Below, in pieces: positions 49,927 to 59,090 of a DNA stretch of 63,699 nt. Each line of letters opens with the position of its first letter. Position 1 is the stretch's first letter. Source of the stretch: Aquificaceae bacterium. GTDB lineage: Bacteria > Aquificota > Aquificia > Aquificales > Aquificaceae. A program made the position numbers and the translations under genes. Under the pieces are notes generated by a model that did not search any database, was not told the DNA's origin, and saw nothing but the letters and a program-made list of their open reading frames with translations. The stretch covers positions 1 to 63,699 of the forward strand of contig JAXSNY010000001.1 in the NCBI GenBank assembly GCA_037925365.1, given 5' to 3'.

Positions 49927-50150
49927 TAGTTTTTAAAGCGGGGTGCGGAACGTGAATACCGACAAAGGCTCGCCTAACCGTGTTAGGTGAGGTTGGTGTT
50001 TACACTGCACTCTGCAAGCCCTTATCAAGTGGGTATAAAAAGCCTGCTTGATGAGCGGTATTAGTGCCTTTGGAGTAAGGCTACTTTCGTTGGTGAGCCC
50101 CTAAACCCGATGTGTGGATAAATATCCCTAAAAGGGATATTTGTCTATAC
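49927..50150 (+). ncRNA. Putative structured non-coding RNA or long 5' leader of unknown class
   Basis: Four hand-folded hairpins (33 bp, 13 bp, 8 bp, 18 bp) with many G-U pairs that only work on the + strand; follows a promoter; no credible ORF. Confidence 0.6.
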
Positions 50151-50165
50151 TAAGGGATACTCTTT

Positions 50166-50681
50166 ATGGAAAGGTATGGAAACTTTGTCTACGCAATTGG
50201 AAGGAAGAGTATGGAGGAGATTGTAGGAGTCCTTTTAAGAGAAAAAGGCTTAAAGCTAGCCATTGCAGAAAGTTGTACAGGTGGTCTACTTTCTGCAAGG
50301 ATCGTAAATGTTCCAGGTTCTTCTCACTACTTCGTGGGTGGCTTTGTGGTCTATGCCAACGAGATCAAGACAAAACTGCTCGGGGTTGAAGAAAGCTCTA
50401 TAAGAAGACACGGTGCGGTTTCTGAAGAGGTTTGCAGACAGATGGCGGTGGGTGCTCTTGAGAAAACGGATGCGGACATAGCACTTGCCATAACGGGTAT
50501 ATCCGGACCAGAGGGAGGGACAGACCAAAAACCTGTGGGGCTTACCTACATAGCCCTCGCAACAGACAGGGAAGTGGTTGTTAGAAGGTTTCTCTTTGAG
50601 GGTAGCAGGAATGAGAACCGTTTCATAGCTACCCAGTGGGCTCTTGAAATACTTAGGCAATACCTTATAAGGGGGGTCTAA
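50166..50681 (+). CDS. CinA C-terminal domain / NMN amidohydrolase (PncC); start could be 50211
   Basis: AESCTGG, PGSS.YF, Y.NE.K..LLGV, HGAVS, ITGISGP.GG..KPVG. Confidence 0.9.
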   Translation: MERYGNFVYAIGRKSMEEIVGVLLREKGLKLAIAESCTGGLLSARIVNVPGSSHYFVGGFVVYANEIKTKLLGVEESSIRRHGAVSEEVCRQMAVGALEKTDADIALAITGISGPEGGTDQKPVGLTYIALATDREVVVRRFLFEGSRNENRFIATQWALEILRQYLIRGV

Positions 50682-50682
50682 A

Positions 50683-51474
50683 ATGCCAAAGGTTCACCCA
50701 ACAGCCATAATAAGGGGGGAGGTAGAGCTGGGAGAGGAAGTGGAGGTCGGTCCCTACACCATCATAGAAGGCAAGGTGGTAGTTGGAGAAGGAACAAAAA
50801 TAGGTGCAAGGGTCTCAATAAAAGGAAAGGTCTCCATAGGTTCAAACTGTAGGATTCATGACGGAGCTATCGTGGGAGAGGAGCCACAACACCTAAAATA
50901 TGCAGGAGAAGAAAGCGAGGTGATAGTGGGCAATAATGTAATAATAAGAGAATACGTCACCATTCATAGGGGAACAGCCATAGACAAGATGAAAACAGTT
51001 ATAGAGGATGATGTGATGCTTATGGCTTATTCCCATGTGGCACATGACTGCATAGTCCGAAGGGGAGTTATCATGGCAAACTGTGCTACCCTTGGAGGAC
51101 ATGTAGAGGTGGGAGAGTATGCCTTTATAGGCGGGCTTTCCGCAGTCCACCAATGGGCGAGGGTTGGAGCTTACGCCATGGTGGGGGGTCTATCTGGAGT
51201 ATCCCTTGATGTACCGCCCTACGTGAGGGCATCAGGACAACATGCACATCTATACGGCATAAATACGATTGGACTTGAGAGGAGAAGCTTTTCCAAGGAA
51301 GCAATAGCCATTCTCAAAAGGGCATACAGAATTCTCTTTAGAAGTGGTATGTTGAAGGAGGATGCTATAGCCTTACTTCTTAGTGAATACGGAGGCCACA
51401 AAGAGGTAAGAAACTTAGTGGAGTTCATAAGGACTTCAAAAAGAGGTGTCGCAAGAGACGAAGGGAGGAGTTAA
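50683..51474 (+). CDS. lpxA: UDP-N-acetylglucosamine O-acyltransferase
   Basis: Hexapeptide repeats, PQHLKY, IREYVTIHRGT, HVAHDC, VHQ. Confidence 0.96.
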   Translation: MPKVHPTAIIRGEVELGEEVEVGPYTIIEGKVVVGEGTKIGARVSIKGKVSIGSNCRIHDGAIVGEEPQHLKYAGEESEVIVGNNVIIREYVTIHRGTAIDKMKTVIEDDVMLMAYSHVAHDCIVRRGVIMANCATLGGHVEVGEYAFIGGLSAVHQWARVGAYAMVGGLSGVSLDVPPYVRASGQHAHLYGINTIGLERRSFSKEAIAILKRAYRILFRSGMLKEDAIALLLSEYGGHKEVRNLVEFIRTSKRGVARDEGRS

Positions 51475-51483
51475 AATATTTGC

Positions 51484-52869
51484 ATGCGAGCCCTTGTTCT
51501 TTCCGCAGGTCTTGGAACGCGCTTTAAAAGCGAAAAGCCAAAGGTTATGCATAACATACTTGGTAAACCCATGCTCTGGTATGTTCTAAAAACTCTGAAG
51601 GAATTGCATATAGAAAATATTGCCCTTGTGGTAGGGTATAAGGCGGAGCAGATAAGGGAATACTTTGGATATTCTTACCATTACTTTTACCAGTCAAACC
51701 CAAAGGGTGGAACCGGTGATGCGGTGCTTTCTGCTGTTGATTTTTGGAGAGATTACCATGGTTATATGTTGGTAATAAACGGAGATTCTCCCTTAGTCAA
51801 GTCACAAACCCTCAAAAACATGCAGAGATATTTGCATATGGTGGAAGAATACGAGGGCATCAAGTTAAGTGCCCTTTTACTCTCCACACAATTACCAGAC
51901 CCAACGGGTTATGGAAGGATAATAAAGGACGAAAGGGGAAATGTGATAAAGGTGGTGGAGGAAAAGGATGCGAGCTTTGAAGAAAAGCTAATAAAGGAAA
52001 TAAATGGAGGGGTTTACATTTTCTATTGTCCTCATCTCATAGAAACCCTTTTCAAGGTAAGCCCAAGTCCTAAAACCGGTGAAGTGTATCTCACAGAGGT
52101 TTTCAATCTCATGCACCAAAAAGGTTACACAGTAAGGAGCTTTATGGCGGAAGACCCTACGGAAGTCCTTGGAGCTAACACGAGGTGGGAGCTTGCCATA
52201 GCGGAGAATGTGATAAGGCTTAGGATACTTCAGGAGTGGGCGGAGAAGGGCAACACCATACATCAACCAGAAAGTGTGTGGATAGAACCAGACGTGGTTT
52301 TAGAAGGCGATGTGGAGATATATCCAGATGTTATGTTAAGGGGCAACACAAGGCTCGGCAGGGGTGTGCTGGTAGGGAAAGGTAGCCTCTTGGAAAACTC
52401 CGTGGTGGAAGAGGGAGCAGTGATAGAGGCATATTCCATAGTAAGAAATTCACACATAAAGTCTGGGGCTGTTATAGGACCCTTTGCCCATGTTAGAGAA
52501 AACAGCCTAATAGGGAAAGGTAGCCATATAGGAAACTTTGTGGAAGTAAAAAAGTCCTTTATAGGAGAAGGAGTAAGAGCAAAGCACCTTGCCTATATAG
52601 GAGACGCAACTATTGAGGATGATGTGAATGTAGGTGCTGGTGTGGTTTTTGCAAATTTTGACGGAAAAAGAAAGCATCAGAGCTATGTGGGAAGGGGTGC
52701 CTTTATAGGTAGCAACTCCTTGATAATCGCTCCAATAAGGCTTGGAAACTATTCTTTTGTGGCAGGTGGTTCTGTGGTAAACAAAGATGTGCCCGACGGT
52801 GACCTTGCCATTGAAAGGTCTCAACTTAGAATTTTAAAAGGTAAAGGAAAGGAAAAATTACTTGAATAG
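51484..52869 (+). CDS. glmU: Bifunctional GlmU
   Basis: L.AGLGTRFKS..PKV, GTGDA, PTGYGRI, GNFVEVK, HLAYIGDA. Confidence 0.96.
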   Translation: MRALVLSAGLGTRFKSEKPKVMHNILGKPMLWYVLKTLKELHIENIALVVGYKAEQIREYFGYSYHYFYQSNPKGGTGDAVLSAVDFWRDYHGYMLVINGDSPLVKSQTLKNMQRYLHMVEEYEGIKLSALLLSTQLPDPTGYGRIIKDERGNVIKVVEEKDASFEEKLIKEINGGVYIFYCPHLIETLFKVSPSPKTGEVYLTEVFNLMHQKGYTVRSFMAEDPTEVLGANTRWELAIAENVIRLRILQEWAEKGNTIHQPESVWIEPDVVLEGDVEIYPDVMLRGNTRLGRGVLVGKGSLLENSVVEEGAVIEAYSIVRNSHIKSGAVIGPFAHVRENSLIGKGSHIGNFVEVKKSFIGEGVRAKHLAYIGDATIEDDVNVGAGVVFANFDGKRKHQSYVGRGAFIGSNSLIIAPIRLGNYSFVAGGSVVNKDVPDGDLAIERSQLRILKGKGKEKLLE

Positions 52870-52890
52870 TCAGACAATAGATGCTATAAT
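52862..52890 (+). promoter_or_regulatory. Sigma70 promoter for tRNA-Lys
   Basis: TTGAAT-17-TATAAT with extended TGn. Confidence 0.65.
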
Positions 52891-52901
52891 AACTAATCTC
52901 A

Positions 52902-52974
52902 GAGCCGGTAGCTCAGCTGGCAGAGCAACGGACTTTTAATCCGTGGGTCGCGGGTTCAAATCCCGCCCGGCTCA
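52902..52974 (+). tRNA. tRNA-Lys (TTT); CCA not encoded
   Basis: GAGCCGG-TAGCTCAGCTGGCAGAGC-A-ACGGA-CTTTTAA-TCCGT-GGGTC-GCGGGTTCAAATCCCGC-CCGGCTC-A. Confidence 0.97.
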
Positions 52975-53691
52975 TACTGCAAGTCTTTCAAGCTCACGCC
53001 TTTTTATTATCTCTATGTATCCCCTCTCTGCGTTTATTATGCCTTGCTTTTTCCACTTACTCATAACCCTTATTGTGGTCTCAACGGTTGTTCCCGTCAT
53101 CTCTGCTATGTCCAGCCTTGTTAGGGGTGCATCAATGACTATGACATCTTCGTATTTTTTCCCTATTCTGTCCGCTATCTCAAGAAGGACCTTCGCAATC
53201 CTTTCTTCTACTTTACCACCCGCTATGCTTTTGAGAGTTTCGTAACTATGCAGAAGTGTGGCAGTTGCTTCGCAGGTCATCTTTATAGCAATAGCAGGAT
53301 GCTTTATGGAGAGGTTTATAAAGTCCCTGTTGGAAATGTAGAGGGTCTTGCTTTCAAGCATCGCCTTAGCGGTGTAAGTATTTCTTGGAACCTTTTTACC
53401 CCACTCTATCCAGCCAAATATGTCCCCAGGATAGACAAGCCTAACTATAACAATCTTTGCATCGTGGGTTTCCTTCAAGAGCTTTATAAGACCATCCAAA
53501 AGGATGTATACGCCAGGCTCCGCCTCCTCTTCAAAGAAGAGATACTCATTTCTTATAAACTCCCTAACTTGCATGTAGTTCAGGGCATCCCTGAGCTCAT
53601 CCTCTGACAGGTCTTCAAAAATGTGAACCTTTCTTAGTAGGTCAATTCTCAGGTCCTTAGCTTGCCTTTCTCTAAAAGTCTCTTTTGCCAT
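52972..53691 (-). CDS. Crp/Fnr family transcriptional regulator
   Basis: cNMP-binding domain (G.IKL, PGDIFG), ERIA..LL, HTH LTR.DIAEMTGTTVETTIR. Confidence 0.92.
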   Translation of the reverse strand: MAKETFRERQAKDLRIDLLRKVHIFEDLSEDELRDALNYMQVREFIRNEYLFFEEEAEPGVYILLDGLIKLLKETHDAKIVIVRLVYPGDIFGWIEWGKKVPRNTYTAKAMLESKTLYISNRDFINLSIKHPAIAIKMTCEATATLLHSYETLKSIAGGKVEERIAKVLLEIADRIGKKYEDVIVIDAPLTRLDIAEMTGTTVETTIRVMSKWKKQGIINAERGYIEIIKRRELERLAV

Positions 53692-54725
53692 CCCTTACCT
53701 CCTATGATTACTTGGGTTTCAAAAACCACATAATCGGTGTGAAAGGAAACTCTGTTCACACCTCCAAAAGTATGATTATCTCCAATAGCTACATGCACTG
53801 TGCCAAGAATCTTCTCTGCCTCAAGCACATTGTCAGGTCTTTTTGCACCCGGGTTTGTCCCAACTCCAAACTCCGCAATTACTCGGGCATTCTCGTATCT
53901 TTTAAACACCTCTTCAAGATAATTCCTATATGGTTCAAAACCTTCTATCTCTTCCACCGCACCGTCTCGGAATTTAAGAGTTATGGGTCTTTCCAGTTTC
54001 CTATCAGGACCGTAGGTTATGGTTAGCTTTCCAAAGGCTGAGTTTTCTATAGGAGCTACAAAGGCTTCGCCAGCAGGCAGGTTTCCATATTGACCGCTAT
54101 GGTGAAAAAGACCCGTGTCCGCCACAGCCCTCCTTCCTAACACAGAAAACTCCATGTCTGTTCCTTCCGCCTTTATATGCACCCATTCCGCCTCAGAAAG
54201 CATGTCCGCCACATCAAGGCTCAACTTTGCCACGTAATCCCAGTCCACGTTCATAGGACCGTAAAACATCTCCGGCTCAAAAAGAGGCATACTTGCGTAT
54301 CTACAGCCAAAGCCTTCTGTAAGAGCTTTTCTAAAAAAGGTATGTGTGGTGGAAAAGTAGGGAAAGGCTACCACCACTTGAGGGACATCCTCTGCGTAAG
54401 CCTTGAGTATTTGCAGAGCTTCATATTCCGAATAGTCTTCTTTTAGGATTATATGCTCAAAGAGACCCTTTTTTCTTAGCTCATCTATTGCTCTATCTCC
54501 AAAGGCAAGCCTCCAAACCTCCTCTGGCGGTTCTTTGCCATGCCCTCCCAAAGAGGGATAAACACAGTGCCTTACTTTTTTTGTTATGGCTCTTGCACTT
54601 TCCACAAACTGGTCTATCAGAGCCAAAAGGTAGTCCTTCTCCGTATCCGTAAGCAGGAGCAAAGACTCGTCCTCTTTCAAGTTCATGTTCACCCTGTAGA
54701 GCCTGTATATGTGTTCCCTATACAT
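53649..54725 (-). CDS. M29 family aminopeptidase (thermophilic metalloprotease)
   Basis: GNLPAGEAF.AP, IAEFGVGTN, EAEKILGTVH.AIGDN, HTD. Confidence 0.85.
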   Translation of the reverse strand: MYREHIYRLYRVNMNLKEDESLLLLTDTEKDYLLALIDQFVESARAITKKVRHCVYPSLGGHGKEPPEEVWRLAFGDRAIDELRKKGLFEHIILKEDYSEYEALQILKAYAEDVPQVVVAFPYFSTTHTFFRKALTEGFGCRYASMPLFEPEMFYGPMNVDWDYVAKLSLDVADMLSEAEWVHIKAEGTDMEFSVLGRRAVADTGLFHHSGQYGNLPAGEAFVAPIENSAFGKLTITYGPDRKLERPITLKFRDGAVEEIEGFEPYRNYLEEVFKRYENARVIAEFGVGTNPGAKRPDNVLEAEKILGTVHVAIGDNHTFGGVNRVSFHTDYVVFETQVIIGGKGWQKRLLEKGKLRT

Positions 54726-54757
54726 GGCTACTAATCATAAATTTATCTCAATTTACC

Positions 54758-56326
54758 TTATGGCAAGGGCAGTCTTAAACCACCAAGCAGGTATTTTAGG
54801 TCGTTGTCAGTAAACATAAGACCTACACCACCGAATACACCCCTTAGCTTTGAATTTAAAAGGTCATCGCCACCAAACCTTACATAAAGTGGACCATTAA
54901 CCTTGTAGTTTACACCCACCTGAAGATTTGGCTTAAGGTCCTTATCCTGTGGTCTGTCTCTCCTTCCAAAGTCCCAAAGGTCTGTGGTAAAGGCGAGCCT
55001 TTGTGAATATATAAGGTCAGCACCTATTCCGCCTGTGGATTCCTTTAGTCCACCTCTCAAGACAAGCTCCTTACCAAATAAGGGAAATATTCTTGCATAC
55101 TGCAATGTAACTTCAGGCTTAAACTCCTTTTTAACTATCCATTGATTAGGGAGTATTTCCTCCTTGTAGACTCTACCCCTTGAGTCTCCAACTATCTCTA
55201 AGAGGTAATACTTTTCGTTATCGGGTTGCAGTTTGACAGTCAGTATCCCCTTTGAATCACCAGCCCTGTAGAGCTCACCCCTAAAGCCTATGTAGAGATT
55301 TGTCCTATCCGCAACCTCTCCTGCTTTGCCAAGCACCCTAACACCAGAGGATACATTTCTGTATAGTTCATCATCCTTTATTAGCTTCCCCAAGGTGCCT
55401 TCACCTCTTTCAATATGTGCCAGTATGTTATTTAAGCTTTCAGAGCTTTCTTTAAGGCTTTTGGTAAGTTCAGAGAGATTTGATGTGGTGGTTCTTATAT
55501 CTTGACGGTTTTCCACAACCAAGGCGTTTAGATTTACTGAAAGCTCGTTAAGGTTTCTTGAAAGTTCAGGAAGGGTTGTCTTTAGGTCGTTGCTAAGCTG
55601 TTTCAAGTTTGCAACCGTTTCTTTTATGTCTTGTCTGTTCTCGCTGGCAATGGCTTCAAGGCTCTTTGCAAGCCTGTCTATGCTTTCTATAGTTTGAGGA
55701 AGTGTTCTGTTTAAGTTAGAGGCAAGTAGGTTTATGTTATATATAGCTCCCCTTAGGGACTCTCTGTTTTCAAGGGCTATTAAGTTAAGATTACGGGTAA
55801 GCATTTCCAAGTTCTGCACCACTCTCCTTATATCTTCTCTGTTTTCAGAAAGTATAACCCGAAAACTTTCCACCATTAGCCTTATGGATTCTGAGGCATT
55901 TGTCATTTGCTTTACAAGAAGGTCCGTATCCGCGTAGCCAAGGGTTTTACTTATCGTCCCACCCTCTTCTAAGATGCCTGCTTGTGGACTTCCGGGGTAT
56001 ATGTTTAGGTATTTATCTCCCATAAGACCAAGAGTTCCTATCTCCGCCTGTGCGTCTCTATAAAGGGTTATGTCTTTGTCAAGTTCAAAAACCACTTCCA
56101 CCTTGCCATCTTTTAAGCTGATAGACTTAACCTTTCCACTTTTTATACCGGCCACCCTTACCTCCGCACCTGCACTAAGCCCCGCCACGTTATCAAAGTA
56201 GACCCTGTAATTCTTTACCGCAGGTCTGAAAAAGGGGACCTCCCCAAAGGTAAGTATAAGAAATCCAAAGCCAAGGGAAAATACAAGCACGAGAAAACCT
56301 ACCTTTGCTTCGTTGGAAAACCTCAT
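54758..56326 (-). CDS. MlaD/MCE family protein with long helical region
   Basis: EAKVG, F.NVAGL..GA.V.VAGI..G.V, GLMGDKY. Confidence 0.9.
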   Translation of the reverse strand: MRFSNEAKVGFLVLVFSLGFGFLILTFGEVPFFRPAVKNYRVYFDNVAGLSAGAEVRVAGIKSGKVKSISLKDGKVEVVFELDKDITLYRDAQAEIGTLGLMGDKYLNIYPGSPQAGILEEGGTISKTLGYADTDLLVKQMTNASESIRLMVESFRVILSENREDIRRVVQNLEMLTRNLNLIALENRESLRGAIYNINLLASNLNRTLPQTIESIDRLAKSLEAIASENRQDIKETVANLKQLSNDLKTTLPELSRNLNELSVNLNALVVENRQDIRTTTSNLSELTKSLKESSESLNNILAHIERGEGTLGKLIKDDELYRNVSSGVRVLGKAGEVADRTNLYIGFRGELYRAGDSKGILTVKLQPDNEKYYLLEIVGDSRGRVYKEEILPNQWIVKKEFKPEVTLQYARIFPLFGKELVLRGGLKESTGGIGADLIYSQRLAFTTDLWDFGRRDRPQDKDLKPNLQVGVNYKVNGPLYVRFGGDDLLNSKLRGVFGGVGLMFTDNDLKYLLGGLRLPLP

Positions 56327-56341
56327 GCTTAAATTATAGCC

Positions 56342-57022
56342 TTAAGCGACAAGAGAATGCCAGAGTATTATGCCGTCTCGGTAGCCAAGTAGGTCTTCGC
56401 AAGCTCTTTCTGGATGAGGCATAAGACCAAAGACATTGCCTTCCTTGTTGCATACACCTGCTATGTTGGATATAGAACCATTGGGATTAGCTTTAGAGTT
56501 TATATTACCCTTTTCATCGCAGTATCTTAGGACAATTTGACCCCTTTCCTCCATAGACCTTAGCTCCTCCTCTGGCACATAATACCTTCCTTCTCCATGG
56601 GCTATGGGAAGTTTTATCACCTCACCCTTTTCAAACTTTCTGGTAAAGGGTAAGGAATTATTTTCAACTCTAAGGTATACGTCCTTACATAGAAAGGTTA
56701 GGTTTTCATTCTTGAGTAAAGCACCTGGCAATAGGTGAAGCTCTGTGAGAATTTGAAAGCCGTTGCATATACCAAGCACGAGCCCACCTTTTTGTGCGTA
56801 TTCCACTATAGCGTTGCCAAGGGGTGTTTTGCTGGCAAGCACTCCAGCCCTTAGATAGTCTCCAAAAGAAAAACCACCCGGCAAAACTACACAATCAAAG
56901 GCATCAAGCCTTTTTGTATTGTGGTCTACAAAGCTCACCTCTTGTCCAAGAAGGTCCCTTATCACGTAGTATGTATCGTAATCACAGTTAGACCCTGGAA
57001 ATACACATACCGCAAACCTCAT
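56342..57022 (-). CDS. purQ: FGAM synthase glutaminase subunit
   Basis: FPGSNCD, PGGFSFGDYLR, GICNGFQ, AHGEG, MPHPER. Confidence 0.97.
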   Translation of the reverse strand: MRFAVCVFPGSNCDYDTYYVIRDLLGQEVSFVDHNTKRLDAFDCVVLPGGFSFGDYLRAGVLASKTPLGNAIVEYAQKGGLVLGICNGFQILTELHLLPGALLKNENLTFLCKDVYLRVENNSLPFTRKFEKGEVIKLPIAHGEGRYYVPEEELRSMEERGQIVLRYCDEKGNINSKANPNGSISNIAGVCNKEGNVFGLMPHPERACEDLLGYRDGIILWHSLVA

Positions 57023-57231
57023 TCTATTACATACTCCTCAACCAAGGGATTTACGAGATATCTTTCCACAAGGGCTTTTATGTCTGTGCCTTCTCCCACC
57101 TCAAGCTCCACAACCTTTCCCACCTTTACATCCTTTACATCAAAACCGCCGTCAAGTAGCATCTCCTTTACCGCCCTGCCTTCTGGGTCAAGAAGCCCTT
57201 TCTTGGGAAGTATAATAACTCTTACCTTCAT
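57019..57231 (-). CDS. purS: FGAM synthase subunit PurS
   Basis: K.G.LDPEG.AV, V.VGK, L.NP.VE.Y. Confidence 0.93.
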   Translation of the reverse strand: MKVRVIILPKKGLLDPEGRAVKEMLLDGGFDVKDVKVGKVVELEVGEGTDIKALVERYLVNPLVEEYVIE

Positions 57232-57288
57232 CACCTTATATTCTACCATTTTAAGGCACGCAACGAAGGGATTTTCTATAATTTAAAT

Positions 57289-59085
57289 ATGCTAAAAAGA
57301 ACCAGATACTGCGGACACATTAGCGAACAAGACCTCGGAAAGGAGGTTATCCTAAACGGCTGGGTTCATCGCATAAGAAACCATGGAGGAGTAATCTTTA
57401 TAGACCTAAGAGACAGAGAGGGTCTAATCCAGTGTGTGGTGGAAGAAAAAACAAACCCTGAGGTGTATGAGCTTGCGGACAGGCTCAGGTCAGAATATGT
57501 GGTTTCCCTGCGTGGTACTGTTAGGAAAAGACCGCCTGGCACAGAAAACCCAAAGCTAAAGACGGGAAACTACGAAGTGGTAATTGAAGAGCTTGAAATT
57601 CTCAACACTTCAGAAGCTTTGCCTTTCCCTATTGACGAAGAGACACACCTTTCGGAAGAAACAAAACTCAAATACCGCTACCTTGACCTAAGAAGGGAGA
57701 GCATGAAAGAAAACCTTCTCTTTAGGCATAGAGCCTATCAGGTAATAAGGAAGGTTTTTCTTGAAGAAGGCTTTGTGGAAATAGAGACGCCCTTTCTTAC
57801 CAAGTCCACTCCAGAGGGTGCAAGGGACTTTCTTGTCCCTTCAAGGCTACATCCAGGAAAGTTTTACGCCCTTCCTCAGTCTCCACAGCTCTTTAAGCAA
57901 GTGCTTATGGTTGCAGGCTTTGATAGATATTTCCAGATAGTTAAATGTCTAAGAGACGAAGACCTGCGTGCGGACCGTCAGCCTGAATTTACCCAGATAG
58001 ACTTTGAAATGTCCTTTGTAGAGGAAGAGGATGTTATAGCTTTTAGCGAAAGGCTTATATATAGCCTCTTTAAGGAGCTTCTCGGCGTTGAGCTAAAACT
58101 CCCCTTTGACCGTATTTCCTATGAGTATGCCATGGAAACTTATGGCTCGGACAAGCCTGACCGTAGGTTTGGGCTTGAGCTTGTGGACCTCACACAGGTC
58201 TTTAAAAATACAGAGTTTAAAGTGTTTCGTCAAGCCATAGAATCTGGTGGAGTGGTAAAGGCTATAAACTTCAAAGGTTCAAACCTCTCAAGGAAAGAGA
58301 TAGATGAGCTTACCCAGTTTGTGCAAAGTCTTGGAGCAAAGGGTCTCGCTTGGATAAAGGTAGAAGAAGACAAACTAAACTCACCCATAGTAAAGTTTTT
58401 CTCTGAAGAAGAAACCAGAGAGCTCTTGCAAAGGCTAAGGGCTGAAAGGGGGGATGTGATATTTTTCTCCGCGGACAAAAGGGAAATGGTTTACCGTATT
58501 CTTGGAAATCTTAGACTTCACATAGGCAAGAAATACAACCTTATAGATACGAGTAAATTTGACATATTTTGGGTGGTGGACTTTCCTCTTATGGAATGGG
58601 ATGAAGAAGAGAAAAGGTTTGTCTCTTTGCACCACCCCTTCACATCGCCCAGAGAGGAGGATATTCCGCTTCTTGAAAGGGCTCTACAGGTGCAGGACTT
58701 AGAGGAGAAAAAAAGGCTCGTCCACTCTGTAAGGGCAAGGGCTTACGACCTTGTGATAAATGGATACGAGGTGGGAGGAGGTTCTATTCGTATACATAGG
58801 AAAGACCTTCAGGAACTTGTCTTTAAGCTTTTGGAGATACCAGAGATGGAGGCAAGGGAGAAGTTTGGTTTTCTACTTGACGCATTACGCTTTGGAGCAC
58901 CACCACATGGAGGACTTGCCTTTGGACTGGACAGGCTAATTGCTATAATGAGAGGCTTGGACTCTATAAGGGATGTGATAGCCTTTCCCAAAACCCAGAA
59001 GGGTATATGCCCTCTTACTGGTGCACCAGACTATGTGGAGCCAAAACAGCTCAAGGAGCTTCATATAAGGGTGGTGGAAGGTTAG
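57289..59085 (+). CDS. aspS: Aspartate--tRNA ligase
   Basis: FIDLRD, PEGARDF, LPQSPQ, RDEDLRADRQPEFTQ, HHPF, GAPPHGG. Confidence 0.98.
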   Translation: MLKRTRYCGHISEQDLGKEVILNGWVHRIRNHGGVIFIDLRDREGLIQCVVEEKTNPEVYELADRLRSEYVVSLRGTVRKRPPGTENPKLKTGNYEVVIEELEILNTSEALPFPIDEETHLSEETKLKYRYLDLRRESMKENLLFRHRAYQVIRKVFLEEGFVEIETPFLTKSTPEGARDFLVPSRLHPGKFYALPQSPQLFKQVLMVAGFDRYFQIVKCLRDEDLRADRQPEFTQIDFEMSFVEEEDVIAFSERLIYSLFKELLGVELKLPFDRISYEYAMETYGSDKPDRRFGLELVDLTQVFKNTEFKVFRQAIESGGVVKAINFKGSNLSRKEIDELTQFVQSLGAKGLAWIKVEEDKLNSPIVKFFSEEETRELLQRLRAERGDVIFFSADKREMVYRILGNLRLHIGKKYNLIDTSKFDIFWVVDFPLMEWDEEEKRFVSLHHPFTSPREEDIPLLERALQVQDLEEKKRLVHSVRARAYDLVINGYEVGGGSIRIHRKDLQELVFKLLEIPEMEAREKFGFLLDALRFGAPPHGGLAFGLDRLIAIMRGLDSIRDVIAFPKTQKGICPLTGAPDYVEPKQLKELHIRVVEG

Positions 59086-59090
59086 AGAAA

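Noticed and set aside
49938-50110. tmRNA, RNase P RNA, 6S RNA or group I/II intron identity for the structured element
   Set aside because: Only short resemblances (GGGG.GCGGAA, GTGCG, GGTGAGCCCCTAAAC). There is no T-loop/CCA end or tag ORF, no GAGGAAAGUCC, no single closing rod with a central bubble, and no intron catalytic core.
15013-52974. tRNA genes as prophage or island integration sites
   Set aside because: I saw no duplicated tRNA 3' end and no integrase near either tRNA.
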